From IMG/VR virus record IMGVR_UViG_3300032320_000535, positions 1-45,338 of that record: a stretch of 45,338 bases of DNA. One strand, written 5' to 3'. Each line of letters starts with the position of its first letter. The stretch's first letter is position 1. The position numbers and the translations under genes are program-made. The stretch is from a virus (taxonomy: Duplodnaviria; Caudoviricetes). Under the pieces are notes generated by a model, which did no database searches, was not told where the DNA came from, and saw only the letters and a list, made by a program, of their open reading frames with translations. Shown piece after piece: positions 44,350-45,338 of the stretch.

Positions 44350-45338
44350 ATGGCTACTCCAGAACGTAAAACACAGGACTACAGCTTTGCTGGTGGTCTT
44401 GGAAATATTAACCCTGCTGAGATGCCACCAGAGTCAATTGAAAAGTACAGAACAACTCTGGATGAGCAAATTCAAGCACTGCAAAAGCGCTACGAAGAGC
44501 CGAACTATTGGAAGGTGGCCGCTGGGTTTGCGAAGCCGCAACTCGGTGGTTTTCTTGCGTCTCTTGGTAGCGCATCAGAGGCCATGGGTGAGAACGTTGA
44601 GCGCCAGCGTGAACAGCAATTGCCCATCGCACAGATGAAGGTGCAGATGGAGCAGGCCAACATGCTGTTGTCTCAAAAGCAAAAGCAAAACGAAATCTAT
44701 CAAGAGTGGCTGGCCAAGAACACCGGGCCTGATGGCAAAGTTGCTCCAATGGATGCAACGACGTACAGCCGCATCACATCACTGGGTGACAGCACGCCTG
44801 TTGCAAATGCCGCCAAGGCCTATTACGAAGGCGCACAGCAGGGTTTAAACATCAAAACTGCGGCTGTTACGGCGATGGGCAAAGACCCATTGATGGATTT
44901 GGACGACTTTGCAAAGTTTCAATTAAGCGGAAACGCAGATTCCAGAGCAGGTCAGGCCAAACAAGTTAAGTTTGAGAAAGCGCTTGAAGAAGGCCGTCCT
45001 CCACAAATTGATTTAGCGCAATGGGCAACCATGGGCCGGTACGAGAAGATGGATCAGGCGGCCGCTTATGCAAAAGAAATGCGCGAGAAGGGTATGGGCA
45101 TCGAAGAGGTCATGCGTCAGCGCGCAGATAGCGCGCCAGATCGCTTGAAGTTGCTTGGCTCCATACGCGACCTGTCTTTGGGTGTTGGTCTTGCAGAATC
45201 TACAACCCCAGAGGGCAAAAAGATCAGCGGCCAAGAACAAATTGGCGCGTTACTCAACAAGTTCGGCGGCAACAATCCGATGGAAGTGTTTGCACGTGCG
45301 GCGGCCGATGGCAAGTTGGGCGAAACGCTCAGAGACAT
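44350..45338 (+). CDS. partial putative internal virion protein (runs off the window)
   Basis: ATG 44350, open to the window end (MATPERKTQDYSFAGG...); absent from the track because there is no stop codon. Confidence 0.8.
   Translation, partial: MATPERKTQDYSFAGGLGNINPAEMPPESIEKYRTTLDEQIQALQKRYEEPNYWKVAAGFAKPQLGGFLASLGSASEAMGENVERQREQQLPIAQMKVQMEQANMLLSQKQKQNEIYQEWLAKNTGPDGKVAPMDATTYSRITSLGDSTPVANAAKAYYEGAQQGLNIKTAAVTAMGKDPLMDLDDFAKFQLSGNADSRAGQAKQVKFEKALEEGRPPQIDLAQWATMGRYEKMDQAAAYAKEMREKGMGIEEVMRQRADSAPDRLKLLGSIRDLSLGVGLAESTTPEGKKISGQEQIGALLNKFGGNNPMEVFARAAADGKLGETLRD

Noticed and set aside
223-45338. Numerous minus-strand and alternate-frame ORFs in the track (e.g. 11880..12779, 15878..16606, 21270..21953, 45013..45240)
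   Set aside because: They overlap well-supported plus-strand genes and lack recognisable motifs; they are shadow ORFs.
1-45338. tRNA, rRNA, integrase or att site
   Set aside because: Intergenic gaps are short and none showed a cloverleaf by eye; no recombinase motif was seen. A tRNAscan-SE run would settle the tRNA question.

Overview
This window is a 45.3-kb piece of a tailed dsDNA phage genome. Essentially all credible genes are on the + strand, and the window starts and ends inside ORFs. The order is: small early/middle ORFs with a RuvC-like resolvase and a Zn/HNH-type protein (1-7.9 kb); small and large terminase; a 1274-aa multi-domain protein; portal, GroES-like co-chaperonin, probable scaffold and major capsid protein; head accessory proteins; a free-standing GIY-YIG endonuclease; tail fibre genes (one with a peptidase S74 chaperone); holin and M15 endolysin; adaptor/nozzle-like proteins; and probable internal (ejection) proteins. 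No tape measure, sheath or integrase is visible, so a podovirus-like virion is inferred; a betaproteobacterial host is only a guess. Two observations stand out. (1) An acyl carrier protein and a beta-ketoacyl synthase with an intact Cys-His-His triad sit inside the virion operon, directly upstream of two unusually Cys-rich putative ejection proteins, suggesting a phage-encoded protein acylation system. (2) A short xxxGG motif (often xAxGG or xKxGG) recurs more than 25 times in at least 7 head or internal proteins and falls at apparent domain boundaries, suggesting a polyprotein-processing or capsid-targeting signal. Two palindromic operator families and several candidate RNA structures are also visible. 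All product calls come from motif recognition and synteny; no database searches were run.
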